Shown here: one piece after another, positions 37,823-50,410 of the stretch | Layout: each line of letters begins with the position of its first letter | How positions within the stretch are numbered: the stretch's first letter is position 1 | Assembly (NCBI RefSeq): GCF_000143415.4 | Contig: NW_003314306.1 | Location: 1,431,129 to 1,495,128 of the forward strand | Source: Selaginella moellendorffii | Taxonomy: Eukaryota; Plantae; Lycopodiophyta | Direction: 5' to 3' | DNA: 64,000 bases | Translations under genes and position numbers: made by a program | Notes under the pieces: model-generated | The model's database searches: none | Told to the model about the DNA's origin: nothing | What the model saw: the letters and a program-made list of their open reading frames with translations, nothing else

Positions 37823-39154
37823 GGGACAACCCAAACAAACTCTGAAGAACAAAGCAACAGCTCCAAGGATCAGTCAGGATCAGAAGGAGAAACTCCCAGC
37901 AAGAAACCGAAGCCAGCATCTCAACAATTAGGCTCAGCTCACTCCAGTAACACCAGCTCCAGCAACAAACACTCCAACGATTCAACTCTACTTTGCCGCC
38001 ACCTCACACGCAACACACCAGCGAATCCAGCTCGAAAGCTGCTGCTTTGAGAGCACCTCATCATCAGTGACAATGAAGACAACTCACACTAGCTTCCACA
38101 CTCACCCCAACACTTGGATCCACTCGAATCAGCCCCAAAACTGACAACTTCTCACCAACAACTCAACATCTCCAAAGGAAAACGTTAGCTGCTCACCCAG
38201 AACTCGGTTTCTCCACCAGCTGAGAACGTTATTCTCACCACCCCGACCCCCTTGACACGCTCCACGAAGGAAAACATCAACTACCTCTCCTGCTCTCGAC
38301 CTATCAAATCGGAGCTTTTAGTCCAAACATGTTATGCTCGTTTGGCTTAAGCCTTCTAGCTAAAAGTCTTGGAAGGGCAGGAGGTTGGTATTGCTAGACC
38401 CATTATCAATTTGCTATCTAACTTTAGTATAGATTTTCTTTTTGTTTGCCGATCACTCACAACCATGCTTCCTCAAGCAAGTGGCAGGTCCAAATTCTTT
38501 GAGGTGGTTGGAGATGAGCGTTTTGGATTGATGCTGGATGAACAGCTCAGATGTGGCGCTGAAATTAATGTATCAGTTGAACGGCCCAAATCTTCCGCTT
38601 GAAATTTTGTTGAAGGGGCGGAATTTTTGCTGATGCTGGTCACGGCATTTGCTGGAGGACGCATGATTGCATGTTCTACGAGTGATCAGCTAAGGTATTC
38701 GATGTGTTTTTTCGTGGAGTGTGGCGAGGGGCTGGGATGGTGAGAATGATGTTCTCAGATGGTGGAGAAACCGAGTCCTGGGCTATCAGCTGGCATTTTC
38801 CTTTGGAGATGTTGAGTTGTTGGTGAGAAGTTGCCGGTTTTGGGGCTAATTCGAGTGGATTTGGGCACTGGGGTGAATGTGGAAGCTGGTGTGAGTTGTC
38901 TTCATTGTCACTGATGACGAGGTGCTCTCAGAGCAGCAGCTTTCAAGCTGGATTCACTGGTGTGTTGCATGTGAGGCAGCGGCGAAGTAGAGTTGAATCA
39001 TTGGAGTGTTTGCTGCTGGAGCTGGTGTTGCTGGAGTGAGCTGAGCCTGATTGTTGAGATGCTGGCTTCAGTTTCTTGCTGGGAGTTTCTCCTTCTGATC
39101 CTGACTGATCCTCGGAGCTGTCACTTTGTTCTTCAGAGTTTGTTTGGGTTGTCC
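37823..39154. repeat. Inverted repeat, arms ~460 bp (37823-38282 / 38698-39154), spacer ~415 bp
   Basis: The same peptide TTQTNSEEQS.SS.DQSGSEGETPSKK.KPASQQ.GSAHSSNTSSS.KHSNDSTLL appears in ORFs on opposite strands; the nucleotide match continues by eye. Confidence 0.92.
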
Positions 39155-39900
39155 ACGGTTGCTTGTTGGGAAGAGCTTGGTGTAGAGCTACCAGCAGTGG
39201 GAACATTACTGTCCGCATGGTTTTCTTGTTGAGTGTGGTGAGGATGGCACGGTCGAGAAGCTTGAGAAGGAGCTCATGGAGATGATGAGCCACGTTCACA
39301 CATTCGCCATTGAGTAGAGCTCCGTAGACCTCTGCTATGCACTTGCCGATGGTGCGATCTGTTGGGCAAAGTTCGTAGTAGAGGAGGAGGGCTTTGAGGT
39401 GATCCATATGTTGCTCCTTGATGTCCTCCCATGTGAGCTCACTGGTAATCTCTAGATTCGCCTTGATGATTTGCTGTGGAACTTCTNNNNNNNNNNNNNN
39501 NNNNNNNNNNNNNNNNNNNNNNNNNNNNNNNNNNNNNNNNNNNNNNNNNNNNNNNNNNNNNNNNNNNNNNNNNNNNNNNNNNNNNNTTGCTGGGCTAAGG
39601 GTGATCTCGTTGCCACTGTCGGTTATGGTGCTGTTCTTGGGGTTGAAGGAGGTGGCCAGCTTCCTCGCCAGCTTTTGGTCAGGGTGTGTCGAAAGGGCCT
39701 TGTGGAGGAGCTCGAATCCATGGTCCTTGAGCTAGGCAGTTGTGTCGTTGCTGGGGAAGCCTAGGAATATGGTGCATGATGTACCTGAGGTGCCAGGGTG
39801 GACTAGCTTGCATCATTTTCTGTGATCGAAGTGCTTGCCTCGTTAGGGTTTCTGAGACCCGTAACTTTTGGTTTGCTGATCGTATTCCTGGTGATGAACA
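38943..39900 (-). mobile_element. Degraded retrotransposon accessory ORF region
   Basis: A 154-aa ORF with a helical domain and low-complexity Ser-rich tail, duplicated locally, embedded among repeats and spanning a gap. Family not identified. Confidence 0.35.
39487..39586. other. Assembly gap (N run)
   Basis: Run of N. Confidence 0.99.
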
Positions 39901-40453
39901 GTAGAGATTTGTTGACCGAATGACTTGACTTAATTGAAGATTAATGGTGGAGATTACTGATGAAGTTAACTTAAGTTCAACTGCTGAGGTGGCATTGATC
40001 TAACAGTAGATTTGGACTTAGAGATGTTGTTTGTTGCTGCTGTTTGTTGTTGAGTCGAGTTGAGTTGTGTCGAACTGAGTTGAGTTGAAGTTTGTCTGTT
40101 GGGGTGATTGTTGACTGTTGGTTTCGGGGTGTCATCTAGTCAATAGCTCTGAGAATGCCTTGAAGAGGCTAGCTATGCATAATCAACACTCAGCCGAAAC
40201 TAAAGTGAAGACCATGAGATGGACTCATATCGGTACATAACCTCCTCATAGACAAAGCTATAGTACGGGTACAACCTTAAACAACTAAGTTGGACATCAT
40301 CATCCTTAGCTAAGGCACAAGGCTACCAAAACTAAGTCAAGACCAGTGAGAGTTCACTACTCTCATAGAGTTTAACAAAATACAACATGTTAAACTCATA
40401 GAGTTTAACAAAACTTGCCACCAAGCATAATGCTATAGAAGAAAGCCATAAGG

Positions 40454-43400
40454 GTCACCTTTCTTAAAAAAGTGCAACAGCTACTTTTTTACACTAACTC
40501 CAGACTCTATCTAACTCAATTGCATTAGCCTCAAAAGTTAGCATCCCTTTCAGGTTGCATCATATAAATTACATACTAAGGTGTAAGCTAATTGAAATCA
40601 ACTCCAACCCTTGCACTAATTTGTACTGGCTTACAAAAACGTGGTTTTTAAACAAGTGATCAACAGATCAATCATTGGAAAAGTTTAAAAAAAATTGTGG
40701 AAAAATTTTCCATCATAGAGAAAGAATGACTCTCAATTCGGGAATGCAAACTTTCAAGACTCAACCAACTTCCTCCTACCTACAACTTTACATAGGTTCA
40801 CCTCAACACAAATTCTCAAGACCCATAGTATACTTAAGCTTTGAACATCATGCCCATATTTCTGATATCCAATATTGACATCCGCAAAAATGCAAAATGA
40901 ACATCTAAGGCTTGATTATGAAAACCATATCTTTGAATATCCGCATTGCACTAACACTTTTCTTCAACCATTTTCAAGATCCAATATGAAGCCAAAACAT
41001 TAATAAAAAAAATGACATGGAAAATCAAACTCTAAAGAAAATTCCTCATCACTTGAAACAACAATACCACTTTCTCCAACACAAGTGTTAGCAATGTCAA
41101 TGCTGCAACTATACACATTTTCTATTCAATAATTTACTCTAAATGCTAATGGCTCAACTGACAAGCTATAGCAAGTGAATGCTATAACATTTTCCAGGCA
41201 ATTTCCCTAGGAAATAAAATACTAACTTAAGCTTAACATAATAGACCACTATCGAGAATCCAGTCAAAGCTACTATAATGCTACTTTATGTAAGTAGACT
41301 AGCTTCACTATCAACCACTTTGGGGTTGATCATCATTTGACCAAGCAACTTCATAAACACATTACTCATTATCACATGGATATGATATAAGTATCACAAT
41401 GACTTGATCATCAATTGAGCAACACCACGAGTAATACCCATGTCATAACTTCAAAGGTTTATATGAGTATCAAATACTAACCCAATTTGATAAAATGCAA
41501 CAACACTTAACACCACTAACTTTTGTTCACAATACAGACAAGCTTATACCACTTTCTTTTTGACCAAACTCAAAATTAATTTAACACCAAGCTACTCAAA
41601 GAGCAATAGCAAGGTTCCCTGAAAAAGAATTGAGCATTGTAACCCAAGCCTTCCAATAGTAAGCCTTGACAAAAATAGTATAGCATTTCACCGCTATCCA
41701 TCCCACAACTCACCATTTGTAAGACCATCATTTCCAATATGCATCAAGGCAGGGACTCTTCATTGCATAATGTGAACACGAGCAATGAATCACATCTCGT
41801 TGCAAATTATCTCTCCAAGAAGAGAAGATGATTTATGTGTTTGATCCTTCATCCCTGATAACTCTCTTTTCGGTCTTATCTTTTGACCAAACCTCAAACT
41901 TGCTTTCACATTGCCTTCAGTCCAATCCAACAAAAGTTTATGAGAGAGCACAACAATGATTACTTGAATCAATAGATTTATCCTTATAATCTTGATTGAT
42001 CCACTTATAATCATGCCTAGGAAGGATCCACTAGTGCCGTGCTAAATAGCTATGGACCAGCCTATTTGCCACTCATAGCAAACCCAAGGAAAGTTTACTT
42101 TCACCCATGGTACAAGGAACAATTTATAGAACCACTGATAGGTTAACATCAATCCTGCCAACTCAAAGAGTAACCTCGAGTTGCTAATGTGCCTCACTCA
42201 CAAGCCCAAGTGCAAACTCATGTAAAATGGTACAACTTATTCCATCCTATGAGCCCAAGAGCAAACTCATACAATATGGTATAAAATGTAACCAAAATCC
42301 ATACCTAAAGAACGATTGCGAAGCCTTTACACCCAAACGTGTACCCACTCGGATCATCGTTTTCATCTCTGCGTATGAAATGAGACTAGTTGCCCAATCT
42401 CATTGGATAGTATTTGCCAAGACTCATCCATACCTTTATCCTATGGTGATTTACCATAGGATAACCATGAAGGGGAACTTAAACCCTCCATATGCCATAT
42501 GTCATATGCTATATGTCACATGCTACATGTTCAAAAGACAGTGGTATGGAATCGAGTTTTAGGGCCTTGTGCCATTGAATGAAGGAATGGTGCTAAACTC
42601 CCAAGCATGAAGCCAAGGAGCAATGGCATTGGAGCACAGAACAACTCTCAAACATATAGCCCAAGGAGTGAAATGACAGGAGCACAAAGCAACTTAGATC
42701 AATCCTAGAGCAACCAGCATCCTAATGCCAGGACTAGCATGCAAAACGGAGCTAAACAGAGTCTAATGCTATTTCAACATACTGGTGGCCTAACATAAGG
42801 ATATGAGCACTCCACTAGCTAATATGGAGTGGAACACCCAAGCCAAATGCAAAACAAAGATAGGCACGCAAGCAGGAGCTAGACTATGCCTCAAGTTAGT
42901 CAGCCATGCCTGACTTACCCTTTACCCCTAATATAGATTTGGAACCTCCCATAGCCAATTATTGTTTTTGTGAATGTCACATTGTTTGGGACAATATGTA
43001 ACATGGCTGACCAACCTAAGGCATAGTGTAGCTCCCACTTGCGTGCCTGTCTTTGTTCTGCGTCCGGCTTGGGTCTAAGCCCAAGTTCCATTCCATGCTA
43101 GCTGGTGAAGTACCCATATCCTCACGTTAAGCCATCGGTATGCCGAAATAGCGCTAGACTCCGTTTGGCTCTGTTTTGCGTGCTGGTCTTGGCATTGGGA
43201 TGCTGGATGCTCCAGGACTATTCCAAGTCGCTCCGGGCTCCTGTTCCTTTGCTCCTTGGGCTATATGCTCAGGAGTTGCTCCATGGACCGGTTCCATCAC
43301 TCCTTGGCTTCACGCTTGGGAGTTTGGTACCATTCCTTCGTTCCTGAACCTTGGGTACCACACCATGTTCCTTTGGACACGTGGCATCTGTCACATGGCA

Positions 43401-45514
43401 CAAAGAGGGTTTAGGTTCTGCTTCGTGGTGTTATCCTATGGTAAATCACCATAGGATAAAGGGTCAAAACCACGTGCACTACATTTGGTATCAAAGGATG
43501 AGTCTCAACGAATACTATTCAATGAGATTGGGCAACTAGTCTCATTGCATACGCAGAGATGAAAACGATGATCCGAGTGGGTACACGTTTGGGTGCTAAG
43601 ACTTTGCAAATCATTCCTTGGGTATGAATTTGGTTACCATTTTGTACCATATTATATGAGCTTGCTCTTGGGCTCATAAGAAGGATTGAGTTGTTTCAGT
43701 AGCACGAGTTTGCGCTTGGGCTCATGAGTGAGGCGCATTAGCAATTCAAGGTTGCACTTTGAGTTGGCAGGATTAATGTTAGCCTATTGGTGGTTCCATG
43801 AGTTGTTCCATGTACCATGGGTGAAAGTAAACTTTCCCTAGATTTGCTATGAGTGGCAAATAGGCTGGTCTGTAGCTATTTAGCACGGCACTAGTGGATC
43901 CTTCCTAGGCATGATTATAAGTGGATCAATCAAGATTAGTCTATAGGGATTAGTCTATTGGTTCAAGTAGTCATGGCTGTGCTCTCTCATAAACTTTTCT
44001 TCGATTGAACTAAAGGCAGTGCGAAAGCAAGCTTGAGGTTTGGTCAAAGATGAGACCGAAAGGAGAGTTATTGGGGACGAAGGATCAAATACGTAAATCA
44101 TTTTCTCTTCTTGGAGAGATGGTCTGCAACGAGGTGTTAACTCATTGCTGGTGTTCACATCATGCAATCAAGAGTCCCTATCTTGATGCATGTTGGAGAT
44201 GGTGGTTTTACAATGGTGAGTTGTGGGATGGATAGCGGTGAAGTGCTATACCATTTTGTCTAGGCTTGCTATTAGAAGATTTGGGTTGCAATGCTCAATT
44301 CTTTTCCGGGGAACTTTGTTATTGCTTTTTGAGTAGCTTGGTTTTGGATTAGTATTGGGTTTTGTCAGAAAGAGAGTGGCATGAGCTTGTCCGTATTGTG
44401 AACAAAAGTTAGTGGTATTGGGTGTTGTAAATCTCTATCGGTGAAGTGTGGCAATTGTGTTGCATTTTGTCGAATTGAGTTGGCGCTTGATACTTACATA
44501 AACCTTGTAGTAGTGACATGGGCATTGCTCATGGTGTTGCTTAATTGATGATCAAGTCATTGTGATTTCTATATCGTATCCATGTGATAGTGAGCAATGT
44601 GTTTACGAAGTTGCTTGGGTAAATGATGATCAACCCTGAAGTGGTTGATGGTGAAGCTAGTCTACTTGCACGTAGTAGCATTGTAGTAGCTTTAACTGAA
44701 TTCTCAATGGTGGTCCATTATGCTAAACTTAAGTTGAAACCTTGTTTCCTTGAGTTTGCCCATTAGGTGTTGGAAAAGAGTTATAGCATTCACTTGCTAT
44801 GACTTGTCAGTTGATCTATTAACACTTGGAGTAGATTGTTGGATGGAAAAGATGTGTAGTTGGGGCATTGACATCACTAGCATTTGTGTTAGTGGAAGTG
44901 GCATTGTTATTTCAAGTGATGAGGAATTTTCCTTGGACCTTGATTTTTCATGTCATTTTTCTTGTTAGTGCTTTGGCTTCACATTGGATCTTGAAGGTAA
45001 TTGAAGAAGAGTGTTAGTGCAATGTGGATATCCAAAGATGTGGTTTTCGTGATCAAGCCTTGGATGTTCATTTTGCACTTTGCGGATGTCGGTGTTGGAT
45101 ATCAGTTAGATGGGCAAAGATGTTCGATGTTTAAGCATATTGTTGGATCATGAGAATTCGTGTTAAGGTGAACCTATGTGAAATTGTTAGTAGGAGGAAG
45201 TTGGTTGAGTCTTGAAAGTTTGTATTCCTGGACTGAGAGTCATTCTTTCTCTAGGATGGAAATTTTCCACAAATTTTCTTAGACTTTTTCAATGGCTGAT
45301 CTGTTGTTCACTTTGCCGAAAACCATTCCGTTTTCGTAAGCTAGTAGAAACTAGTGAAGGGGTTGGAGTTGACTTCAGTTAGCTTAGACCTTGGTAGGTA
45401 GTTTGTATGATACGGCCCGAAAGGGATGCTGACTTTTGGGGCTAAGGCAATTAAGTTGGATAGAGTCTAGAGTTGGTGAAGAAAAGTGGCTGTTGCACTT
45501 TTCTAGAAAGGTGA
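40454..45514. repeat. Large inverted repeat: arms ~2.5 kb (40454-42908 / 43002-45514), spacer ~93 bp
   Basis: Reverse-complement matches checked at the inner ends (CAGCCATG / CATGGCTG), the middle (GCCTAGGAAGGATCCACTAGTGCCGTGCTAAATAGCT) and the outer ends (AAGTGCAACAGC / GCTGTTGCACTT). The arms are diverged, not identical. Confidence 0.9.
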
Positions 45515-45597
45515 TTGTGAGACACAAAATCCCTAGGCCCCAAAGTGGAGCTAGAAAGGGTGCCACGTGGTAGTGGCCGAAGTGAAAGCCAAACGAG

Positions 45598-47351
45598 TGT
45601 AACACGTTTGGACTAAAAACTCTAACTTGGAAGGTCGAGAGCGGGAGTGGAACTCCCAACAAAGTGCTCAAGGAGCGAGCACGAAGCGAGCAATAAGCAA
45701 GGCTCCAAAAAGGGACCCAAAAAGGACCAACACATGACACATGGAAGTGTCCGAGATGGAGTCCGAGACGGACCCTAGTTAGAGTCCGAGATAGACCCGA
45801 AGTGGAGTCCGATATGGAGTCCGAAGTGGAGTCCAAGATGGAGTCCGAGATGGACCCGAAGTGGAGTCCGAGATGGACCAAGACGGAGTCCGAGATGGAC
45901 CCGAGATGGAGTCCGAGATGGAGTCCGAGATGGACCCGAGATGGAGTCCGAGATGGAGTCCGAGGTGGACCGAGACGGAGTTCGAGATGGACCCGAGATG
46001 GAGTCCGAGATGGAGTCTGAGGTGGACCGAGACGGAGTCCGAGATGGACCTGAGATGGAGTCCGAGATGGACCGAGACGGAGTCCGAGGTGGAGTCCGAG
46101 ATGGAGTCCGAGATGGACTGAGACGGAGCCCGAGATGGAGTCCGAGATGGAGTCCGAGAAGGACCCGAGATGGAGTCCGAGGTCGAGACCGAGACCGGGA
46201 CCGAGACCGGGACTGAGACCGAGACCGAGACTGAGACCGGGACCGAGACCGGGACCGAGACCGAGACCGAGGCCAAGGCTGAGACCGAGCCCGAGCCCTC
46301 GTCTGAGCCCGAGCCCGAGTCCGAGTCCGAGTCCGAGTCCGAGTTCGAGTCTGAGAGGGTGAAAGCCCAAAGCGTTCGTCTCCTAGACCCTGGGGGGTTT
46401 GGTGAGCTCCAAAAGTATAGTAAGGGGGAGGACTGCAGTGGAGCCAGTTTGGCCAGGAAAGGCTAGTTTGGCCCAGGAAGGCCAGACCCAGTGTTGGGTG
46501 ATGAACTGACCACTGGGAAGTCCAAGACTAGAGTGAATACGGACCGACAAGCGTGGTAGCTTGGTGAAGTGTTCAAGAGCCGGCTCTAGTTCCCCTGGGA
46601 GATCGACTGGCCGATGCTCCCAATCCAAGTGTGGGTGGCACTACCTACTTGGATACCAGGCGTGGCTCAATGGAACCTCGCTCTAAGCCCATGGCTAGAG
46701 CACCTAAAGGAGAAAGGCGGGGAGAGTACCCAGGTGGCTCGCGTAAGGCCACGGTGTTCCGAAATGTTGTCCCAAAGGCCTAGACTGTGGAAAGGAAGAG
46801 GAGCAGTCCTCTGGGGTAGTGACCAAGGACACAGTCGTGTGGTGAGGAAGTCCCAGAGGACCATGGGACTTAATGGTTGGGCCTGTGGGCCTCGATCCAG
46901 TGGCAGTGTTGGCAAACACGGCCAGGGGCAGAAAGGGACTTGGTAGGAACTGACAAAGGGACTTTGGGGAAGGCGATTCCCCAGGTCTGTGGGCATCCCA
47001 AGGATGCTAAGGAGTGGATCTAGGATGACCACTCGTGGACAGATGGCCCAGTCTTGGAGAGACGGGATGGTGATGCAAGTGGTATTGGACCACTAGTGCA
47101 GCAAAGGTGAATGGGCATGGCCTTAGTGTAACGGGCCGAGATGTCAGTGGTACCTTTGGGTGTTGGTCTTGGGACCGGACATGTGGAGCACTTGGACCAG
47201 GTGCAAGTGTTGAGTGGCATGGATGCCATTCTTGGGGCTAGCAAGTCCCAAGTCCTGAATTGGACTGATGGAGGTTGTGAATGAGACTCCTCCAAGTGGT
47301 CGGAGGTGTGGTTAAGTGACTAAAGATGAAAGGAAAATTTAGTCGCTTACA
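45598..47351 (+). mobile_element. Putative 5' LTR of an LTR retrotransposon (TGTAAC...TTACA)
   Basis: Ends in TTACA 3 nt before a PBS. The 5' boundary is uncertain; alternative TG starts are at ~45516 and 42997. Confidence 0.55.
45750..46355. repeat. Compound 6/12-bp tandem repeat (GGAGTCCGAGAT core shifting to GACCGA, GAGCCC, GAGTCC)
   Basis: Read directly. It produces the repetitive ORFs (MESE)n, (RWSP)n and (LGLH)n in several frames. Confidence 0.95.
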
Positions 47352-47354
47352 ACT

Positions 47355-47366
47355 TGGTATCGGAGC
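47355..47366 (+). other. Primer binding site complementary to tRNA-iMet (TGGTATCGGAGC)
   Basis: One mismatch to the canonical plant PBS TGGTATCAGAGC, directly after a CA LTR end. Confidence 0.8.
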
Positions 47367-49054
47367 TGTTCCTTAGTCTGACTTTTATTGGTGCTCAAGT
47401 ATATCACCATTGATATTGGCATCGGAAGGTCCTAGGAGTGGGCCTATCCTTGAGGAGTAGCACGTCGAGAGGACATGGCTCTCCACTCGAGTTCATGCAT
47501 GAACTTAGGCACAATGTGGTGGATAGAAAAGGGGCCAGTAAGGGAACGACTTTGGGATCTTGGGAACAATATGTGGTTTTCCTCAGAGAGTTGAGGATGT
47601 GATCTAGATGAGCATTTGACTTAGCAAACTGGCTAATGTAATTGTGGTAAACAACTATATTTGGGATCATGGGAAAGATAAAGACTCCAAAGCAATAAAA
47701 GAGTCACAAGTTTATCCTCATATAGTTGAGGTTGGTGCTCATGAATGTGAGACCAGAAGTAATGACCGTGGGAGGTCAAATACGGAAGAGGACGCTAGTC
47801 CTTGAAATGGTAGCTAGGGCTACCTTTAATAAATGCTGGAACAACCCAAGAAGTTGGGGGGTGTACTTAGAGATGAGTTGGTATTCTCATCACATGGATA
47901 AGTAGTTCTAAGGGGCAAAGGTTGCCCCAGAGAACAAAATCAAGTGTCAGAGTAACACTTGTGAAAATAGTCCTTGTGAGTGAGGACATGAATGCAAGAA
48001 GTGTATTCCAGTGAGCTAGTGCCCGACAAGTAGGACCTTACGGGTTTATGGATTAACCAAGTCCAAAACTGCTAGATGACTCAAGTAGAGTCAAAGAATG
48101 GTCCTAAAGGACTGATGGAAGCATTTGGACTGAAGTGTGTGGTACCCCACGAAGGATGGGGGGGATCATAGGATCCAAGGATGAGAATAGAGGGTATCTC
48201 ATCGATGGCAAAATGTGCCATGCTAAAGTCGTGGGAAGGGTGTTCCCAAAAAGAAAACAATTTTGAAACAAAGTTGTGTGTAACCTCTATGGTGCAGTGC
48301 TAACGGATGGTTGGCATGAAAAAGAGTGGTATTGGTCTTGGCAAAGACTTAGGCACAAAAAAGAAGTGTCATAGAGGTAAGCTCATGGAGCCAATGGTGT
48401 GGAGACACCAAATGTGCCAAGGTGTGATACCTTGAGGCTATGTTGGTGGGTTCATGAGAACCCCTTGCCAAAGGAATCCCAATGGAAATGGGAATGGCAT
48501 AGCCTAAGCTGCAGAGCATGTAGTTGGAGTGTGGTGACCCAGATAATGATGGAGGTGTGGAAGCACCAGCAATGAGTTGTAGGACTTGACAACTATGAGG
48601 CAACTAAGCAAGAGGTGCAAAATAATTGGTTAAATGGGTAAAAGGTAGCTACCCAAGCCTTTTTAATGGCATAAGGAAATTGGACATACCCTTACGAGGG
48701 ATAAGTTGCTTATGTTGCGATATAGTAAGTCAATATCATGAAAGGAAATACTCATTGTCAAGGAAGCCGTCATTGGGACACCTAAACACTCTAGAACACC
48801 AGGAGGTGGTGTTTGAAGTCGCGAGGGCAATAGATAAGGCCCAAGGGACTAAGTCCATAGCGAATGATGGATAGAAGGTGCTATCCAAATGTCCAAGGTA
48901 GCGGAGACAGGAGAAGACTGTCTACTCGAATTGGACAAAGCCAAAAATGGAATTTTGGCAAGGCTAGCGATGGGCATGTAAAGGCCCATAAGCAACAACG
49001 CAATCTCGGTGTGTGGGATTATAGGGTGAGTATACCTGGATTGAGGAACCACTC

Positions 49055-49154
49055 NNNNNNNNNNNNNNNNNNNNNNNNNNNNNNNNNNNNNNNNNNNNNN
49101 NNNNNNNNNNNNNNNNNNNNNNNNNNNNNNNNNNNNNNNNNNNNNNNNNNNNNN
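49055..49154. other. Assembly gap (N run)
   Basis: Run of N. Confidence 0.99.
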
Positions 49155-50410
49155 CCTAAGAATACTTGCTAAGGCATGATAGAAAGTGCAAAGCTATCCT
49201 CTTGGTCTGGAGGAGAATGATCGAAGGAAATGTGTGAAGCCAAAAGGAAGAAGTATGGGGGTAGAACCAAACCATAGGAATCGAAGGGCATAACCAAGGT
49301 TGGTTATGCCAGCTGGGAGTGGAGAATCAAGTGGAGGCTCGAGGGTGTTGCCGCTAGCAACCGTGATGCCATGGAGAGTCTAAAATATGGAATAAGTCCA
49401 TGTTAGACTATATGGTAATTGGAAAGCTTGCAAAAAGGGAGGCCTTAGCAAGCTAAGAGACAGAGTTCCTTCAAGGTTCCCAAAGATGATTCTAGGTAGC
49501 TTAGTACCTAGAAAGGCCTAGTGTAAATGGTTCAAAGCACGCGCGAAATCGGAGTGGCGCAGCAGAATCACTTTCAAGGAAAAGCCAAAGTTAACCCCTA
49601 TTAAGCAATCTTATCTAAAACACAACTAACTCAACTTGCCATTTAGTTCATTTGAACATCAATACAATTGCTAACTAGCAAATGCACGGATACCAATAAC
49701 ACAAAGTTACAACCTAAGTATCAACATTATTTGCATCGAAACTAATGAAACTTAATATTAATCTTACGGAGAGATATTTCACTTCACTCAAATCTTAACA
49801 TCAACAATGTCAATGACAAGGCACCACTTCAATGCCATCAACACCAAAACAAAGCTAGAAGAAAGCAAAAGTGAATAGCCACTCAAAGCTTTCTAGCAAC
49901 CAAACTAACTAAAGTCAAAGATACTATACTTAGTATCTGAGACCAGTTCTTCAACAATACTTAGCTACAGATAATGCATCATCAAGAAGTGAATCACCAC
50001 ATCCAAGACTCAATGAAATCCAATACCATAGACTAAACATAACCAAATGATATCAACAGAGGTAGAGTCAACATACCAATATGGAAAAACCATATAAGTC
50101 TAACGACACGATCCTCCACAACACCATCCAGTAAGCAAGTCTATCATTGCTAAATTATCATCCAATGAAGCAAGTATTAATAATCCTTTGACAAAGTCTA
50201 CAAGTAATCACTAGTCACAAAGCAACTAATAATCACTTTTCAATTTACCTTTCATAAGACCCAAACATTAAACTTATGTCATCGAGTTATATACTTGCCC
50301 AACATAAATGTAATACCCCAAGTACGAGATAAAAGTTCATGGACAAGCATAAACTAAATGACTACCCAAATCCAATTCAACCGCAATAAGCTCACCAATA
50401 CATCTAATCA

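Noticed and set aside
45750-46355. CRISPR-like array
   Set aside because: Contiguous short units with no unique spacers, no cas genes, and a eukaryotic context.
45384-46466. 328-aa and other repetitive ORFs as real proteins
   Set aside because: They arise from a hexamer tandem repeat that lacks stops in several frames at once; no domain content.
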